Shown here: one piece after another, positions 61,481 through 64,000 of the stretch
Position numbering within the stretch: the first letter of the stretch is position 1
Layout: the number at the start of each line of letters is the position of its first letter
DNA from: Ramazzottius varieornatus
Lineage: Eukaryota; Animalia; Tardigrada
DNA: 64,000 nucleotides
Direction of reading: 5' to 3'
Assembly (NCBI GenBank): GCA_001949185.1
Contig: BDGG01000003.1
Location: 1,214,725-1,278,724, forward strand
Translations under genes and position numbers: made by a program
Notes under the pieces: model-generated
What the model was told of the DNA's origin: nothing
The model's input: only the letters and a program-made list of their open reading frames with translations
Databases searched by the model: none

Positions 61481-63732
61481 TCTACAAGAGATCCCAATAT
61501 CTGGGGAAACGTAAGTGGCGATAAGCCAGCTAAGTGGTAAGTCAACCTGGATGCGGTAAGTAGCAATAAATAGAATTCTTTCCCGCCGTGTACGTGTGGT
61601 GTAAGAAAGCACCGGAATATTTCTTGGGTAGTGAAGGTTTGCTGACTCTGCTATTCAACCGAAATGGAAACCGGACGCGTATTTGGATAAGTCAACGAAA
61701 GGCCTACTCTTTGTTGCCCTGTCCGAAGAGTTCTGCCGGATGCGCAGTTGTCGCACGGATGATTGCAACGAATAGAAGTGTAAGTCTTCCGGAATATAGC
61801 GAAAAGACGCTGAGTATCAATGTGTATCAATCATAACTTTGAAGGTCAATGTTTCGCCTGCTTGAGAGCGACTTCGGTCAGCAAAAATCTCAATCTGGTA
61901 AACAGCTTCAGTGAAGACGCCGCTCGTGGGTGCAGCTATCAACCCAACCGGCATGACAAAAGTGGAATTCATCGGAGCTCGGACAGATTTTGCACCGCTA
62001 CGCAAATTACTACGTCCGAACATGAGCAATATTCCCTGCTGTCAATATTGGATCTCTGGAGATATAGATTATGATGGGCGTGCCAGCTCACTTGGAAAGT
62101 TAAATATTGTGCTACTGTAAGCAGCAACAGGGCCGGCGGGGCCTGTATTGAATGCATCACAGACGTCTTGCGTCGCTGTCAGTTTTGCCCTGCAATCAGC
62201 CTTAGCATGAGACGTCACAGTGCAGTCATGGACATTCAATACAGGCAACGCCGGCCCTGAGCAGCAAGTTTCTGCCGACACTCCCACATTAAACTTAAGA
62301 ACTTGGGTGGCGACTGGCCTGAGCATACGTTTCGTACACCGACGTCCAGGGCTGTTCTAAAGCTACACTTAAATTGGAAGGATGTTACGGCGATCAGCCC
62401 TGGATTGCTCATCGCACGGTCAGTAGAGAGAAAAGTAGATAATGCGGCTGCTCGCTCAGCCTCGCTGATGCTTTTCAGGTCAAATTTTCGTCGCCCTCGG
62501 TGACCCCCGCCGTTCCTGTCGTTATTCCCACCACAACCAAACGCAGTTCCGATTGACTTTTTAATCGTTCCGGCGACAGATACAAACAAACGGCAAGTCT
62601 AGGTGAAACTGAGCGAAACCGATTAAACCAGAGGCTCAAGAAACTTGAAAAGATAATCAGAGGCTCCAGTAGTAAACAAACTAGAGGCCACAGAAAGGCA
62701 GTAAAGACAAACGTCAAGAAAAACGCACTTGACGACACTCTCCGCGAATGGCGTTTTCGGTCGAACAAATTTCCATCCTTTCAAAGAGCATCTAGCCGTC
62801 CCGCGTGACCTTCAATCTGAAACAAGCTAATATTAGAACTTGTCGTGGCGTCATGGAAGGCAGTAGACGGATAAGGAGACCAGCCGAAGACATCGACGTG
62901 ATTCGTAATCGAGTTTAGCTGCTCGCATTCACATGATGAAGTCCCGTCTTGCCACTGTTACTCATCCTTGTCCTTCTGCCGTCCTTGATCGACCAAACTC
63001 CCGTCCGTCCACACAAGCATTCGCCTTGTGACAATGGTCCAATTCAGCGTTCGACACCTGTAACTAGCCATGATGAGAACGGAAGGATAACGCTAGCTGC
63101 CGAAATCACTGTTCTCCACGATCATCTGCCCACCTGCGTTGGCATAATAAAGTCCTCCTGTTCTTGCGACTCCTCAGTCTCCTTCCGTCCTCGACAATGA
63201 ATAATCCTGTTCCGCAATCGTTCGGTTTGACATGTCAAGGAACATAGATGGTCGACCAAATATAAAGTCACCGCAGAACAATTGTGAAAGACCAAGTTTT
63301 TCCCTCCGATAAGCAAGGTTGAGAAAGGGCTGGCAATAATTCGCAACACCGTTTAGCTAAATAGGCCATGTCAGTTGCTTGCGTTTTCCGATCCACAGAA
63401 AAATGCCTTTTTGTGCTGATTATGGTTCGGCTTCTCACCTGCGCGACCAATCAAAACAGGGGGTGTGATCGTCTCAGTGAAGCACGAGTAACACGCGTAC
63501 CACCGTACCTACCTCAACCCAGCTGTATCTCGCGTAACTTCCGTTTGGAACAGCAAAGGATATCAAACCTATCGGACGGGGGATGCAAAACCTATCGACG
63601 GCTGGATAATTAGCCTGGATGAATTCTAGTTCAAACTCTGTTCCACCGCACCAGCGAGAACATTTTGCGCTCGACACGGCGTAGTGGTTTGGATATGGAA
63701 CACCGCTGGTACAATCGATTTAATGTGGGACA

Positions 63733-63875
63733 TAAGGTTGTAAATTCCTTTCCATTCCTTTCCAAATTCCGTTCCGTTCCTGGAATTCCGTTCCGTTCCG
63801 AGGGGTAGCCGTTTGGAACGGTTTTCCTATTCGGAAAACTAGCAAAAATCGGAGAAAATTCAGGAATTCCACGAG
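63733..63875. repeat. TTCCG-repeat-rich, hAT-like element end
   Basis: Starts TAAGGTTGTAAATTCC, followed by tandem TTCC(G) / GGAA motifs typical of hAT subterminal arrays. The other end was not identified. Confidence 0.4.
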
Positions 63876-64000
63876 GTAAACAGCCGAAGATCCAGCAGAT
63901 CCTGTCGAAAAACTGAACCCGATGCTGGCTCACATATGCGTACCACTGAGGCCAATTGGTCGTTCAGTTGAACGACCAATAGCATTTTCGATCCGTCGCA

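Noticed and set aside
1-64000. Prokaryotic systems (CRISPR arrays, operons, defence islands), rRNA and tRNA
   Set aside because: The sequence is intron-rich animal DNA. No repeat-spacer array or structural RNA gene was recognised by eye; tRNAscan-SE or Infernal would be needed to exclude small RNAs.

Overview
Eukaryotic (animal) genomic DNA, gene-dense, with many short GT-AG introns (often about 60-90 nt) and one 114-N gap. A tardigrade origin is my inference from gene content and architecture, not something I could verify. The ORF track captures only exon fragments, so gene models were assembled by reading splice sites by eye. From left to right: (1) a minus-strand tandem cluster of four ANF/natriuretic-peptide-receptor-type single-pass receptors with no cytoplasmic kinase-homology or guanylyl cyclase domain (two intact, one multiply frameshifted pseudogene, one 5' stub); (2) an acidic orphan gene; (3) a CNG-alpha-type channel with an atypical selectivity filter and a long charged helical tail; (4) a secreted dermatopontin-like protein; (5) an F-box protein; (6) GCSH; (7) two tandem SLC7/LAT amino-acid transporters, both lacking the heavy-chain cysteine; (8) a tandem array of four MOXD1/DBH-like copper monooxygenases (three intact, one pseudogene loaded with nested transposons including a 3.9-kb hAT); (9) a catalase-fold (possibly AMNP-like) pseudogene interrupted by a 1.38-kb insertion. 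More than ten short inverted-repeat elements of different families lie in introns and intergenic DNA. No CRISPR, rRNA or tRNA was recognised. The best candidates for new biology are the cyclase-less receptor cluster next to a cGMP-type CNG channel with a rewired pore, and the transporter-pair plus monooxygenase-array neighbourhood. Both functional links are hypotheses.
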